Under the pieces are notes generated by a model. The model ran no database searches and was not told the origin of the DNA. It saw only the letters and a list, made by a program, of their open reading frames with translations. 64,000 nucleotides of DNA from a virus. Taxonomy: Duplodnaviria; Caudoviricetes. The stretch is taken from positions 1 through 64,000 of IMG/VR virus record IMGVR_UViG_2882504083_000001. One strand, written 5' to 3'. Below, one piece after another: positions 1 through 8,398 of this stretch. Every line of letters starts with the position of its first letter. Position 1 is the first letter of the stretch. A program made the translations under genes and the position numbers.

Positions 1-4
1 AATC

Positions 5-129
5 TATAGCAAAGAATAGAAAGTCTCGATCTCGTTGCTTTTGAGTTAAAGCGTTAAGATTTTTCTAGTGTGATAACCCTTTCTCCACAATGGCTCGTTA
101 CAACAATTTTTGGAAACCAAAGAAATGGA
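5..129 (+). repeat. 125-bp direct repeat, copy 1 (last codons of a lipoprotein gene, intergenic region, start of next unit)
   Basis: Near-identical to 418-542 (offset 413 bp); begins TATAGCAAAGAATAG (YSKE*). Confidence 0.95.
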
Positions 130-153
130 GATTATGAAAGGAGTGTGGGAATT

Positions 154-432
154 ATGAAACTGAAAATCTTGACATTGCTTTTACTGAGTTTGCTGAGCAT
201 TGATTGCCAGATCGGAACGCGTGTAGATGCTTGCAAATCAGATTTAAAAAGAGATTATTCGGCTAGTTTTTGTGAAATATTAAACATAGCACCACTTGCA
301 AGGAGCAGTGATGGAACGAACACTGATGGAATAAATAATCTTATTATTGGATGCTTATTATACCATGTTAAGGTAAAGGAGTGCGAAAAGGAAGGGAATC
401 AATACGTACCTGCTTTGTATAGCAAAGAATAG
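154..432 (+). CDS. small Cys-rich exported protein/lipoprotein, paralog 1 of tandem array
   Basis: MKLKILTLLLLSLLSIDC signal peptide; RxDAC...C...C..Y...KEC...Y.PA.YSKE pattern shared with neighbours. ATG 154 preferred over track start 70, which lies in the repeat. Confidence 0.75.
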   Translation: MKLKILTLLLLSLLSIDCQIGTRVDACKSDLKRDYSASFCEILNIAPLARSSDGTNTDGINNLIIGCLLYHVKVKECEKEGNQYVPALYSKE

Positions 433-542
433 AAAGTCTCGATCTCGTTGCTTTTGAGTTAAAGCGTTAAGATTTTTCTAGTGTGATAACACTTTCTCCA
501 CAATGGCTCGTTACAATAATTTTTGGAAACCAAAGAAATGGA
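418..542 (+). repeat. 125-bp direct repeat, copy 2
   Basis: Matches 5-129 with two substitutions seen. Confidence 0.95.
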
Positions 543-867
543 TATGAGAGTATATTTCGTAAAATTGATAGTAATAAGTTTAATTTACTTGGTTTTTTCA
601 AATTGTTCTATTGGATCCGCTAGAGATGCATGTAAGAATAATTTGAAAAAAAGAAGCTTGTTCGAGCCAAGTGATGACAGTTGTGAGTTTGTTGTCGTTG
701 TAAGTCCATTGACTGCCGAAGGCTCAACGATTCCCGAAAGTTTTGATGCACGAAAAAATGCGTTATTGACGACATCCATGCTCAACTGTTATCAATATTA
801 CGAAAAACTTCAAGAGTGCAATAAAGTGGAGAAGAAATATCTTCCCGCAATATATAGTAAAGAATGA
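523..867 (+). CDS. small Cys-rich lipoprotein, paralog 2
   Basis: Hydrophobic stretch then FSNC lipobox; RDAC, CYQYYEKLQEC, YLPAIYSKE; true start may be a later Met. Confidence 0.8.
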   Translation: METKEMDMRVYFVKLIVISLIYLVFSNCSIGSARDACKNNLKKRSLFEPSDDSCEFVVVVSPLTAEGSTIPESFDARKNALLTTSMLNCYQYYEKLQECNKVEKKYLPAIYSKE

Positions 868-1211
868 TTGGCTCTGAAAAAGCACTGAGATCTTCATATT
901 ACATACTTTGCATATTTATGGCTTTGTTTATGAGCTGTTTTATAGGTTCAAGGCGAGATGCCTGCAGATATAATTTAAAGGAATCCTCAGGTGCGGCGGA
1001 TTGCGAATTGTTGACAATATCGGCTTTTGTCCCATCGCAAGAGGCTACCAATTCGAATGTGCTTTCTGCACTGATGCTAAGTTGCTATCAATACTATGAA
1101 AAACTTCAAGAGTGTGAGAAGGAAGAATATAAATACATGCCTGCTATTTACGGAATCAATTCTAATCCTACGTCGGACGCAATTGCTGAAAGGATAGTTA
1201 GGGAAAAATGA
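864..1211 (+). CDS. small Cys-rich lipoprotein, paralog 3
   Basis: FMSC lipobox; RDAC, CYQYYEKLQEC, YMPAIY; ATGA overlap with paralog 2. Confidence 0.8.
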   Translation: MIGSEKALRSSYYILCIFMALFMSCFIGSRRDACRYNLKESSGAADCELLTISAFVPSQEATNSNVLSALMLSCYQYYEKLQECEKEEYKYMPAIYGINSNPTSDAIAERIVREK

Positions 1212-1215
1212 TCCC

Positions 1216-1515
1216 ATGAAATTAAAAATATTACCTTTGATTCTTTTGCTTTTGGTTTCTTGCATTGCTGACTCAGAGAGGGTAAATTGTCGAGAGGATT
1301 TAGATAGTATTACTTTTGAAAGGGATATGATCTTAACCTTGTTGCTATCGGAGGCAGGAAAGGACAAGGTAAGTGAAGAGTAATATGCAGCAAACAAGTC
1401 ATTGAATTTCGCATATTACTATTTATTAAATGAGAAATCGCTTGAAAAGGAGCGAAGATGTGAGGGTGACTTTTTCCTTAAGCTTTTTTCCCCAGAATCA
1501 AAGGATTTAAAATAA
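1216..1515 (+). pseudogene. small lipoprotein gene with in-frame TAA at 1381-1383
   Basis: MKLKILPLILLLLVSC lipobox; frame continues after the stop as YAANKSLNFAYYYLLNEKSLEKERRCEGDFF...LK*. Confidence 0.6.
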
Positions 1516-1760
1516 GATTCAGCTTCCGCGTTAAGGATCGATGCGTGGTCAAGTTATTGCTTCGACTAAAGAGCAATGAGTTTAAAAAAACTCTAATAAC
1601 TTGACCGAAGCGGAGAGCCTGTGCCGCGTTCAGCGGCAACGCCCCAGTTTTTTCTCTTAGCGATGGGATCGAACTTAGCATCAGGAGTTCCGAATGCGCT
1701 TAAAATTTCAGAAGTATATGATTATGGCTCTTTTACTTCGAAAAATGTAAATGGTAGTTT

Positions 1761-2378
1761 GTGAAAAAGTATTTACTCATCTTTAGTTTCTGTTTTATAA
1801 ACTGCTGGACTTATAATACTTATAAGTTTTCAGAAATTACGATTCATCCTGTTTGCTTAGGATTAGAAGAAAAGAAAAAAGTAGTATTAGTTGTGAACTA
1901 TGATATTTATAGGAATGGCGAGTTAGGTAAATATGCAAATCTCTTTTCAAAAATGCACAATTCAAATTTCTTTAAGGAAATTAAAGAATTAATAGAGGAT
2001 ACCGGATATTTCGTCGTAATTGGATCTGATCCGTCAACAAAGGATTACGATTTTAAGATCGAGGCGCGATATTATGAAAATGCTGAAGGAGGTTATAGGG
2101 AAGTAAATTTCTTCGGATTTTCTCAGACGAGGGCTTCAACTAAAGTTGGAGGGACACGGAGCGTGAATATTCGCATAGAGGATGAGGAAGGTAAGGAGAT
2201 AATTCATTCTGAAAAGTATGATAAATACGGGCTAATCAATCCAATTCTTTTTAATTTAGCTTTTTTAATCGAATTACCTCCAGCGATAGCACGGGAAAGG
2301 ATAAACATTGCGAATATGAAAAAGGCGGCCGTTTATGAAGTCGTCACTGAATTAAAAAATAAGAATTTGGTCCCTTGA
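1761..2378 (+). CDS. putative lipoprotein
   Basis: MKKYLLIFSFCFINC spirochaete-type lipobox; 205-aa ORF. Confidence 0.7.
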   Translation: MKKYLLIFSFCFINCWTYNTYKFSEITIHPVCLGLEEKKKVVLVVNYDIYRNGELGKYANLFSKMHNSNFFKEIKELIEDTGYFVVIGSDPSTKDYDFKIEARYYENAEGGYREVNFFGFSQTRASTKVGGTRSVNIRIEDEEGKEIIHSEKYDKYGLINPILFNLAFLIELPPAIARERINIANMKKAAVYEVVTELKNKNLVP

Positions 2379-2386
2379 ATTTTCAA

Positions 2387-2686
2387 ATGATGTATTTAAG
2401 GTATTCCATTCTAAAGTTTAATTTTGCATTTGGAGCGGTTGCGATTTTATTTATACCAGCCACCTCTTTTTAGTTTAGATATTCGTGAGATTACCGTTTT
2501 ACGAATTATGAAATAAGTGAAGAATCTAAGCTATGTTTTAAAAAGTTAGACGAATGTAAATCTGAATGTTTGCGTTCCTATCCAAATAGAAGTGATTTAA
2601 GACAGTCGAAATGTCGTTATTATTGTGTGATCGATATTAAAGAGAAGTGCGAAGCGCCCGTATATTATAAGTCAAATCGAATATAG
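2387..2686 (+). pseudogene. degenerate small Cys-rich secreted protein
   Basis: Signal-like N-terminus and C-terminal Cys-rich segment (LCFKKLDECKSECLRS...KCRYYC...EKCE) in one frame, separated by stops at 2471 and 2486. Confidence 0.4.
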
Positions 2687-2715
2687 AATTCTTTTTTTAT
2701 TTTGGATAACCCCAT

Positions 2716-2904
2716 TTACTCGGACGGCCCCAAGAGATTGTAGACGGATATTGTAGTCCCTTTATGGCGTTTCTTTATGAATTCTACAGCATTTCGAAGT
2801 CCTGTTGAATTCTTAATTGCATGAATTTCCGAGGGTGTGAAAAATCTTTTAAGTTTCTTTTCCACTTCCCGAATTTCTTCGTCAGTAAGTTCGGGCGGCG
2901 TCAT
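2716..2904 (-). CDS. small hypothetical protein
   Basis: ORF; ATG 2904 (MTPPELTDEE) preferred over track start 3027. Confidence 0.5.
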   Translation of the reverse strand: MTPPELTDEEIREVEKKLKRFFTPSEIHAIKNSTGLRNAVEFIKKRHKGTTISVYNLLGPSE

Positions 2905-3039
2905 GTTTTTAAAGTTTGAAGACAAAAAATCCTCCACAGGTCTTAAAGATAAGATTGTAAAAAAGTAAATAGGAATAAGAAGCCCAATTCTACTAATTCT
3001 CCTTTGAAAAATGCTAATAAGGCACATTTACCAATTCAT

Positions 3040-3438
3040 TTAACTTCGCTTATATTGCTTACTATCTCTTTCAGAAGGCCTTCCTTTTTTCTTTGCTGAA
3101 CGATTGTGTTTAATTCCGAGACTAGAAAGATATTCGAATGTCGGTGGGTTAAAAATGTCTCCGTGAAACGCGAGATAAACAGAAGTGTAGCAGATACAAA
3201 GTCCTTTTTTCTCTAAAGCCTTATGAACATGAGCGATTGGTTTTTTTATTCCAATGGCGCGTATCGCATCTATAAGTTCCTGGCCATGCAAGGGTTTGTC
3301 GCTCGCCAAATTCGAGTTTGTTTCCATGTTTTTGTTATTTTCCACATAAGCATTTCGTTCGAAAAAGACGGGAATTCCGTTTTGAATGCGTTTTATGATC
3401 CGAATTGGGATTCGAAGGTTAAGACTTTTAGATTGCAT
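3040..3438 (-). CDS. small basic putative DNA-binding (Cro-like) protein
   Basis: Divergent from XRE gene; helical core and basic tail KKKGRPS; alternative start ATG 3327. Confidence 0.45.
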   Translation of the reverse strand: MQSKSLNLRIPIRIIKRIQNGIPVFFERNAYVENNKNMETNSNLASDKPLHGQELIDAIRAIGIKKPIAHVHKALEKKGLCICYTSVYLAFHGDIFNPPTFEYLSSLGIKHNRSAKKKGRPSERDSKQYKRS

Positions 3439-3504
3439 AATTATACTTTTAAAATTTACTTACCCTGAATTTAAGAAACGACTCTTATGTTTATAAAAGC
3501 ATAA

Positions 3505-3520
3505 TATGCGTTAACGCATA
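3505..3520. promoter_or_regulatory. perfect 16-bp palindrome TATGCGTTAACGCATA, candidate operator
   Basis: Lies between divergent genes; GCATAA half-sites also at 3435, 3499, 3516, 3546. Confidence 0.6.
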
Positions 3521-3543
3521 AATCAACAAAAAAATATCCGCAG

Positions 3544-3924
3544 ATGCATAATTTTGACATTTCAATTCAGCTCCGAAAATTGATGAAAATCAGAGGTTGG
3601 ACACAGGAAGAACTCGCGAAAATTGGAGGAGTAAACCAGTCGTCGATTAGTCGATATATGCAAGGCGCTCTTCCGGCCTTGGATTTTATTATAAATTTAT
3701 ATAAGAATAAAAGAGTCGATCCGATTATCTTCGTTCGAGATTTCGAGGAAGATACCGTAAAATTTGATGTTATTGGTGAGCGATTGGTTGAGGATGTCTC
3801 GCAGTTCCTTCGTTTTTTGAAAAACTCACCGGATGCTTTGGAGTTATTTTGGAAAATTTATAATCTGGATGAAGTAGGGAGAAAAGCTGTTATTGCTTTC
3901 GTAGATAGAATCCTAGAGGAATAA
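3544..3924 (+). CDS. XRE-family HTH transcriptional regulator
   Basis: LRKLMKIRGWTQEELAKIGGVNQSSISRYMQG is a classic HTH_3 pattern. Confidence 0.9.
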   Translation: MHNFDISIQLRKLMKIRGWTQEELAKIGGVNQSSISRYMQGALPALDFIINLYKNKRVDPIIFVRDFEEDTVKFDVIGERLVEDVSQFLRFLKNSPDALELFWKIYNLDEVGRKAVIAFVDRILEE

Positions 3925-4807
3925 AGGACTTCTCGCTGTTTGCAAGATAGCAATAAATCTCATCTGTTGTTAGTTCGGAGTTTATTTGTAAGTGAGTGAA
4001 GTTTTGAATAATTCTCGCGACAACATTTTTTCTCAACCGAAAAAGGGCTCTTTGGTAGCTAACGGAATCAACTTTTCTGTAAATGAAAATATTCGTTTTT
4101 GCAACAATTGAATTTGTTTGAATTAAGTTCTCGAAGCCTGAGGTTTCAAAAAGATTGATTCGTGTGATCCCTATAGACCATATTGCAGTAGCGATTGTGC
4201 ATCCGATCGGTGCAATGAAATTATACTCTGGAAGGCCGTAGAATTTTAACAAAACTGAAAAAACTCCAATAAAGCAAAGCCACAGGAAAACTCCGACGGA
4301 AATATAAACAATACGAACTCGATCCAGTCCTCTTCTTCTTTTAAATCCTAAACATAACACAAAAACTGAATATAAGAGACTCAAGACTCCACCAATTACG
4401 AAATAATCGTAGAGGAACCCGGATTCAAAAAATAATTTTGATTCGGAGATTTTCGCGTTTTTTATATAGTAATCGGAAAAACTAAATGTTACAAGCGGGA
4501 GGATATATCCTAAAAGAATCAAATAATTGCATACTTTTGAGAGTTCTTTATCAAACACATAGGGGTAGATGAATCGAACGAGGAGTAAGGGGCATGCGAT
4601 CATCGGCAAAGTCATAGCCCGTGCCCAAAGTAAAGTATTGCCGGGGAAAACAAATGGAATCGCGAATAACGTATCCCAAACACCTATTAAGACGCAAAGC
4701 GCGCCAAAATCGCTGAACTCGCGTCTTTGGCGGACCGCAAAGAGGATGTATAACCCCAAAGAAAAATTAAATACTGAAGTGCTAAATAAAATTGCAGATG
4801 TTTCCAA
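3890..4807 (-). CDS. HisKA_7TM-like membrane sensor domain protein without kinase domain
   Basis: About seven hydrophobic segments with the typical N-terminal pattern (FNFSLGLYIL...FGALC...W); short cytoplasmic tail with no H-box or ATPase motifs. Confidence 0.75.
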   Translation of the reverse strand: METSAILFSTSVFNFSLGLYILFAVRQRREFSDFGALCVLIGVWDTLFAIPFVFPGNTLLWARAMTLPMIACPLLLVRFIYPYVFDKELSKVCNYLILLGYILPLVTFSFSDYYIKNAKISESKLFFESGFLYDYFVIGGVLSLLYSVFVLCLGFKRRRGLDRVRIVYISVGVFLWLCFIGVFSVLLKFYGLPEYNFIAPIGCTIATAIWSIGITRINLFETSGFENLIQTNSIVAKTNIFIYRKVDSVSYQRALFRLRKNVVARIIQNFTHLQINSELTTDEIYCYLANSEKSFIPLGFYLRKQ

Positions 4808-4831
4808 GGTTTTTCCCTGGAAAACATTAAC

Positions 4832-5476
4832 TTAACTCTGACGTATTTTTGCAATAATTTTCGCATAATCCGACACTTGTATTGCCCATTCGGTCGGTCG
4901 AATTTCTCCCGCTTCCAATTTGCCATAGTTTGGGTAGTAAATTGTATATGGATGATCCTTTGATTCGACCGTTCCGAAACGATTGTAGAGCCTACCTACG
5001 GACGGCCTTTCAATATCATAAAGACCAAATGTCGCGTCAAAGTTTTGTTGGACTGTATATTCAGCGCTCATAACCAAAACTCTTAATCCTGCGGTCATGT
5101 TTGAAGCAGCAAACGAATTCATTTCAGAAATATTTCCGTTGCCCAAATCTACTTTTTCTTCAGAATCTTTTCTTATTGCATATTCGATTGGAAGTCCTTC
5201 TGGACCTCGCACTAAGACGCGTGACGTTGCTACTATATTTTGTTCATCGTCAATTCCAATGAAATACTGGCTCAGGCCGTTTAAATCAAATCTTCGATCA
5301 AAATCGGCATCATAGCCTACATAACCGAGCTTTGAATACTGGTCTTGTACGAATGTTCGTGCCTTCTCAACTAATCGTGCGTTCGTTTCGTAATTGCACA
5401 TTAGAAAGAGGGTTGCTTGCTTTTCGGGGTTTTGATGTTTCGTTGTTTGTGGTTCTTTGAGTTTAATATGTGACAT
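4832..5476 (-). CDS. GNAT-fold acyltransferase, FeeM (N-acyl amino acid synthase)/LuxI-like
   Basis: FVQDQYSKLGY, IVATSRVLVRGPEGLPIE, ISEMNSFA and RLYNRFG motifs resemble the FeeM/acyl-HSL synthase fold. Confidence 0.6.
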   Translation of the reverse strand: MSHIKLKEPQTTKHQNPEKQATLFLMCNYETNARLVEKARTFVQDQYSKLGYVGYDADFDRRFDLNGLSQYFIGIDDEQNIVATSRVLVRGPEGLPIEYAIRKDSEEKVDLGNGNISEMNSFAASNMTAGLRVLVMSAEYTVQQNFDATFGLYDIERPSVGRLYNRFGTVESKDHPYTIYYPNYGKLEAGEIRPTEWAIQVSDYAKIIAKIRQS

Positions 5477-5494
5477 AATATAAATATGTCACAT
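5468..5494. promoter_or_regulatory. inverted repeat ATGTGACATA-N7-TATGTCACAT over the acyltransferase start codon
   Basis: Perfect 10-bp arms read directly. Confidence 0.65.
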
Positions 5495-5675
5495 TATTTT
5501 CATAATTCAAGCTTTTGGTAAATCCTTTCTATATTTTTTCTTAAAGGGTTTTGCGGGTATTTAAGGAATTTCGAATATTTGGTTTATGTAAGGCGCTGAC
5601 GCCGACGTTTTCCATGTTATGTTCTCCTAACCGCTAAAAAAATCGATAGTTTGCCGGACTAATTTGATTCCCGAA

Positions 5676-5704
5676 TTGACAATGCTCGATACCTAAACTA
5701 ATGT
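5676..5704 (+). promoter_or_regulatory. sigma70-type promoter for umuD-umuC-SRAP
   Basis: TTGACA-N17-TAATGT just upstream of GTG 5711. Confidence 0.5.
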
Positions 5705-5710
5705 GTAGGA

Positions 5711-6166
5711 GTGAAATTCGACGAGAATCAGCCATTCCGATCTAAGATATTATCCGATCGAGTATACCCTTTTATAAATCCAGTCCGCGCGGGGTTCCCA
5801 TCGCCCGCAGCGGAATATATCGAAAGCGAGCTTAACCCTATCGATCTTCTCGTACCGAATCCGGATTCCTCTTTTTTCGGCAAGGTTCTTGGAAATTCAA
5901 TGGAGGATGTTTTCGTTCGAAATGGCGACCTTATCATCGTAGACAGATCGATAGAACCGCGTAACGGACACGTCGTGGTCGGCACATACGAAGGAGCGTT
6001 TCTTACGAAAATCCTCCAAATCGAAGGAAAAAGACGAACACTCGTTTCCGGAAATCCGCTCTATCCCCCGATTCCAATCACGAACGAAAACGAATTCCAA
6101 CTTTGGGGAGTAGTTAGGTGCAGTTGTCACGATTTACTTGGAGGGTGGGGTGTACGCCCTCGTTGA
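5711..6166 (+). CDS. umuD: UmuD-like S24 autopeptidase
   Basis: VRAGFPSPA cleavage region, GNSM catalytic Ser, FLTK catalytic Lys. Confidence 0.92.
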   Translation: MKFDENQPFRSKILSDRVYPFINPVRAGFPSPAAEYIESELNPIDLLVPNPDSSFFGKVLGNSMEDVFVRNGDLIIVDRSIEPRNGHVVVGTYEGAFLTKILQIEGKRRTLVSGNPLYPPIPITNENEFQLWGVVRCSCHDLLGGWGVRPR

Positions 6167-7412
6167 TTGTAATTCGTTTTACTGTTCGTGCGAGCGTCTT
6201 TTCCGTCCGGAACTTCGAGACCGTCCGGTCATCGTGCTTTCAAACAACGATGGTTGCGTAATTTCGCGAAGTTCCGAAGCGAAAGCGATCGGAGTTAAAA
6301 TGGGTGAACCTGCGTTTATGCGAAGAGAATTCTTTGCCGCGAATAACATTCACGTTTTTTCTTCGAACTACGCGTTGTATGGCGACCTCTCGCGACGCGT
6401 GATGAACCAATTGCGCGACTTTTCTCCGGAAATTGAGGTCTACTCGATCGACGAAGCGTTTTTAGGACTTAGCGGTTTCCCAAAAATTACGTTACCCGCG
6501 ATCGCGAATAACATTTTTCAAAGAATCCCGCGAAACACCGGAATTCCGGTAAGCGTCGGCATCGGACCAACGAAAACTCTTTCGAAGATCGCGAACCACC
6601 TCGCGAAGAAGAGAGAAGAATACGGCGGCGTTTTTATAATCGATTCCGAAGCCGCGCGAGAAACAGCGCTCAAACAAGTTTCCGTCGCAGACATTTGGGG
6701 AATCGGTCCCGCATTCTCGCGCAAACTCGAAGCGGTCGGGATTATGAACGCTTGGGAATTTGCGAACGCGAACAAGCATTGGATCAGAAAACATTTAACG
6801 GTCGTCGGTGCGAGAATCGCGTATGAGCTAAACGCGATTGAATGTTCTACACTCGTAACGATTGACCCTGCAAAAAAGACGATCGCGATCGCCCGGTCGT
6901 TCAGCTCAATGCGTGACTCGCTGGAGTCTTTGGAGGGTGCAGTCGCAACGTTTGCGACGCGCGCAGCATTTAATCTTCGAAAACAAGACGGTTACGCGAA
7001 TTTAGTCCGCGTCTTTATACATACGAACGCTCACAGACCGGATCTGGATCAATACGCGACAAACATCCCGATTCCGTTGCCCGTACAAATGCAAGATACA
7101 ATGAAAATCGTCCGCTATGCGCTGCTTGGCCTACGGCGGATCTACAGACCGGGACTTCAATACAAAAAAGCGGGCGTGATCCTGGACCAAATCCGAACGA
7201 AGGGCGATCAGCAAGACGACCTCTTTAGCGACTTTGATCGAAGTCGTGATGAGCAAATTTCGAGCGCGATGGATCGGATAAACGGAAAGTTCGGAAAAGA
7301 TAAAATCAAACTCGCGGTCGCAAGCAAGCAGAACGCGTGGTCGCTCCGCCAAGAAAACCTTTCTCCGCGATATACAACAAGATGGGAGGACATTCCGCTT
7401 GTGCTATCATAA
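6138..7412 (+). CDS. umuC: Y-family DNA polymerase V subunit
   Basis: ALVDCNSFYCSCE, VLSNNDGC, YSIDEAF and C-terminal LSPRYTTRW. Confidence 0.95.
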   Translation: MEGGVYALVDCNSFYCSCERLFRPELRDRPVIVLSNNDGCVISRSSEAKAIGVKMGEPAFMRREFFAANNIHVFSSNYALYGDLSRRVMNQLRDFSPEIEVYSIDEAFLGLSGFPKITLPAIANNIFQRIPRNTGIPVSVGIGPTKTLSKIANHLAKKREEYGGVFIIDSEAARETALKQVSVADIWGIGPAFSRKLEAVGIMNAWEFANANKHWIRKHLTVVGARIAYELNAIECSTLVTIDPAKKTIAIARSFSSMRDSLESLEGAVATFATRAAFNLRKQDGYANLVRVFIHTNAHRPDLDQYATNIPIPLPVQMQDTMKIVRYALLGLRRIYRPGLQYKKAGVILDQIRTKGDQQDDLFSDFDRSRDEQISSAMDRINGKFGKDKIKLAVASKQNAWSLRQENLSPRYTTRWEDIPLVLS

Positions 7413-8115
7413 CTCGCTTACCGCTTCTTCGCAGAAGTTGTCTGCGCGATTTAGCGCAGGACTGATCGAACCAGCGGATTTTAAACCGATCTTTCACGAA
7501 CATGGTTACGAACATAAACCGCGCCCTCTTGTAATTCGTGAAGATGAAAATCGATTTTTAGGGGCAGGCTGGGGACTGATCCCCAAATGGGTGAAAAGTG
7601 TTGAAGAAGCGAAACTGTCGCAAAATCGAACATTGAACGCAAAATCAGAAACGATTTTTGAACTACCTTCCTTTCGCGAAGCAATTCTATATAGAAGATG
7701 CCTGATTCCTTCGACTGGATTTTACGACAGCCAAGAGGTTCACCAAAAAACGTATCCCTATCGAGTTTTTTTAAAACATGAAGAGATCTTTTCTTTGGCG
7801 GGGATCTGGGAAGAATGGGAAAATCCGGAGACTGGCGAAATAAAAAAAACGTATTCTATGCTCACAACTCCGCCGAATCGGAAATTCTCGCAAATTCATA
7901 CACGAATGCCTTTGATTCTTCCGCGAGAAAAAGAAGAGATTTGGATCGATTCGGCAATGAAAAGTCGAAAGGATATTGAACCTCTTCTCAAGATATATCC
8001 AGAAGAAAACTTAGATTTCTATACAATCCGGAAATTCCGTCCAGGTGACAACTACGACGAAGACATCCTAAAAAAAGTAGCATACGAAGAACTTAGCCAG
8101 CAGGAGCTTTTTTGA
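7399..8115 (+). CDS. SOS response-associated peptidase (SRAP/YedK family)
   Basis: MC N-terminus, WGLIPKW, TLNAKSE, RRCLIPSTGFY, IHTRMPLIL. Confidence 0.92.
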   Translation: MCYHNSLTASSQKLSARFSAGLIEPADFKPIFHEHGYEHKPRPLVIREDENRFLGAGWGLIPKWVKSVEEAKLSQNRTLNAKSETIFELPSFREAILYRRCLIPSTGFYDSQEVHQKTYPYRVFLKHEEIFSLAGIWEEWENPETGEIKKTYSMLTTPPNRKFSQIHTRMPLILPREKEEIWIDSAMKSRKDIEPLLKIYPEENLDFYTIRKFRPGDNYDEDILKKVAYEELSQQELF

Positions 8116-8146
8116 AAAAATCACCCTTCCCGAAAACGGGAGGGGG
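8115..8146. terminator. GC-rich hairpin CCCTTCCCG-AAAA-CGGGAGGGG
   Basis: Directly after the SRAP stop; A-run on the left gives a U-tract on the minus strand. Confidence 0.5.
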
Positions 8147-8398
8147 TTAAAAGCATGGATTTGGTTGATTAAAGACTGCATTTCGGCAAAACGTCGCATT
8201 TAATCAATAAATTATTATTTCCTAAATGAATATTCCAGTATTTTAATTGAATACTTAATAATATACTTTACTCTCTTTAATCTCAAAAGCCGGTATTCGG
8301 TTAATTCTACCAATTTTAGGCACGTGAGATAGTTCCAGAAATGAAAGACTTTCCTTTCGATCTTGAAATGGGTTGGAAATTTGGATTGGAGAAATGAA

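Noticed and set aside
5-542. CRISPR array
   Set aside because: Only two 125-bp repeats, separated by a protein-coding gene; no cas genes
1560-1700. ncRNA or attC site in the GC-richer spacer after the lipoprotein array
   Set aside because: No clear stem or match to the other spacers could be established by eye
6492-7684. Antisense ORFs over umuC and SRAP, and similar short shadow ORFs elsewhere
   Set aside because: No motifs or SD; they lie opposite or within well-supported genes
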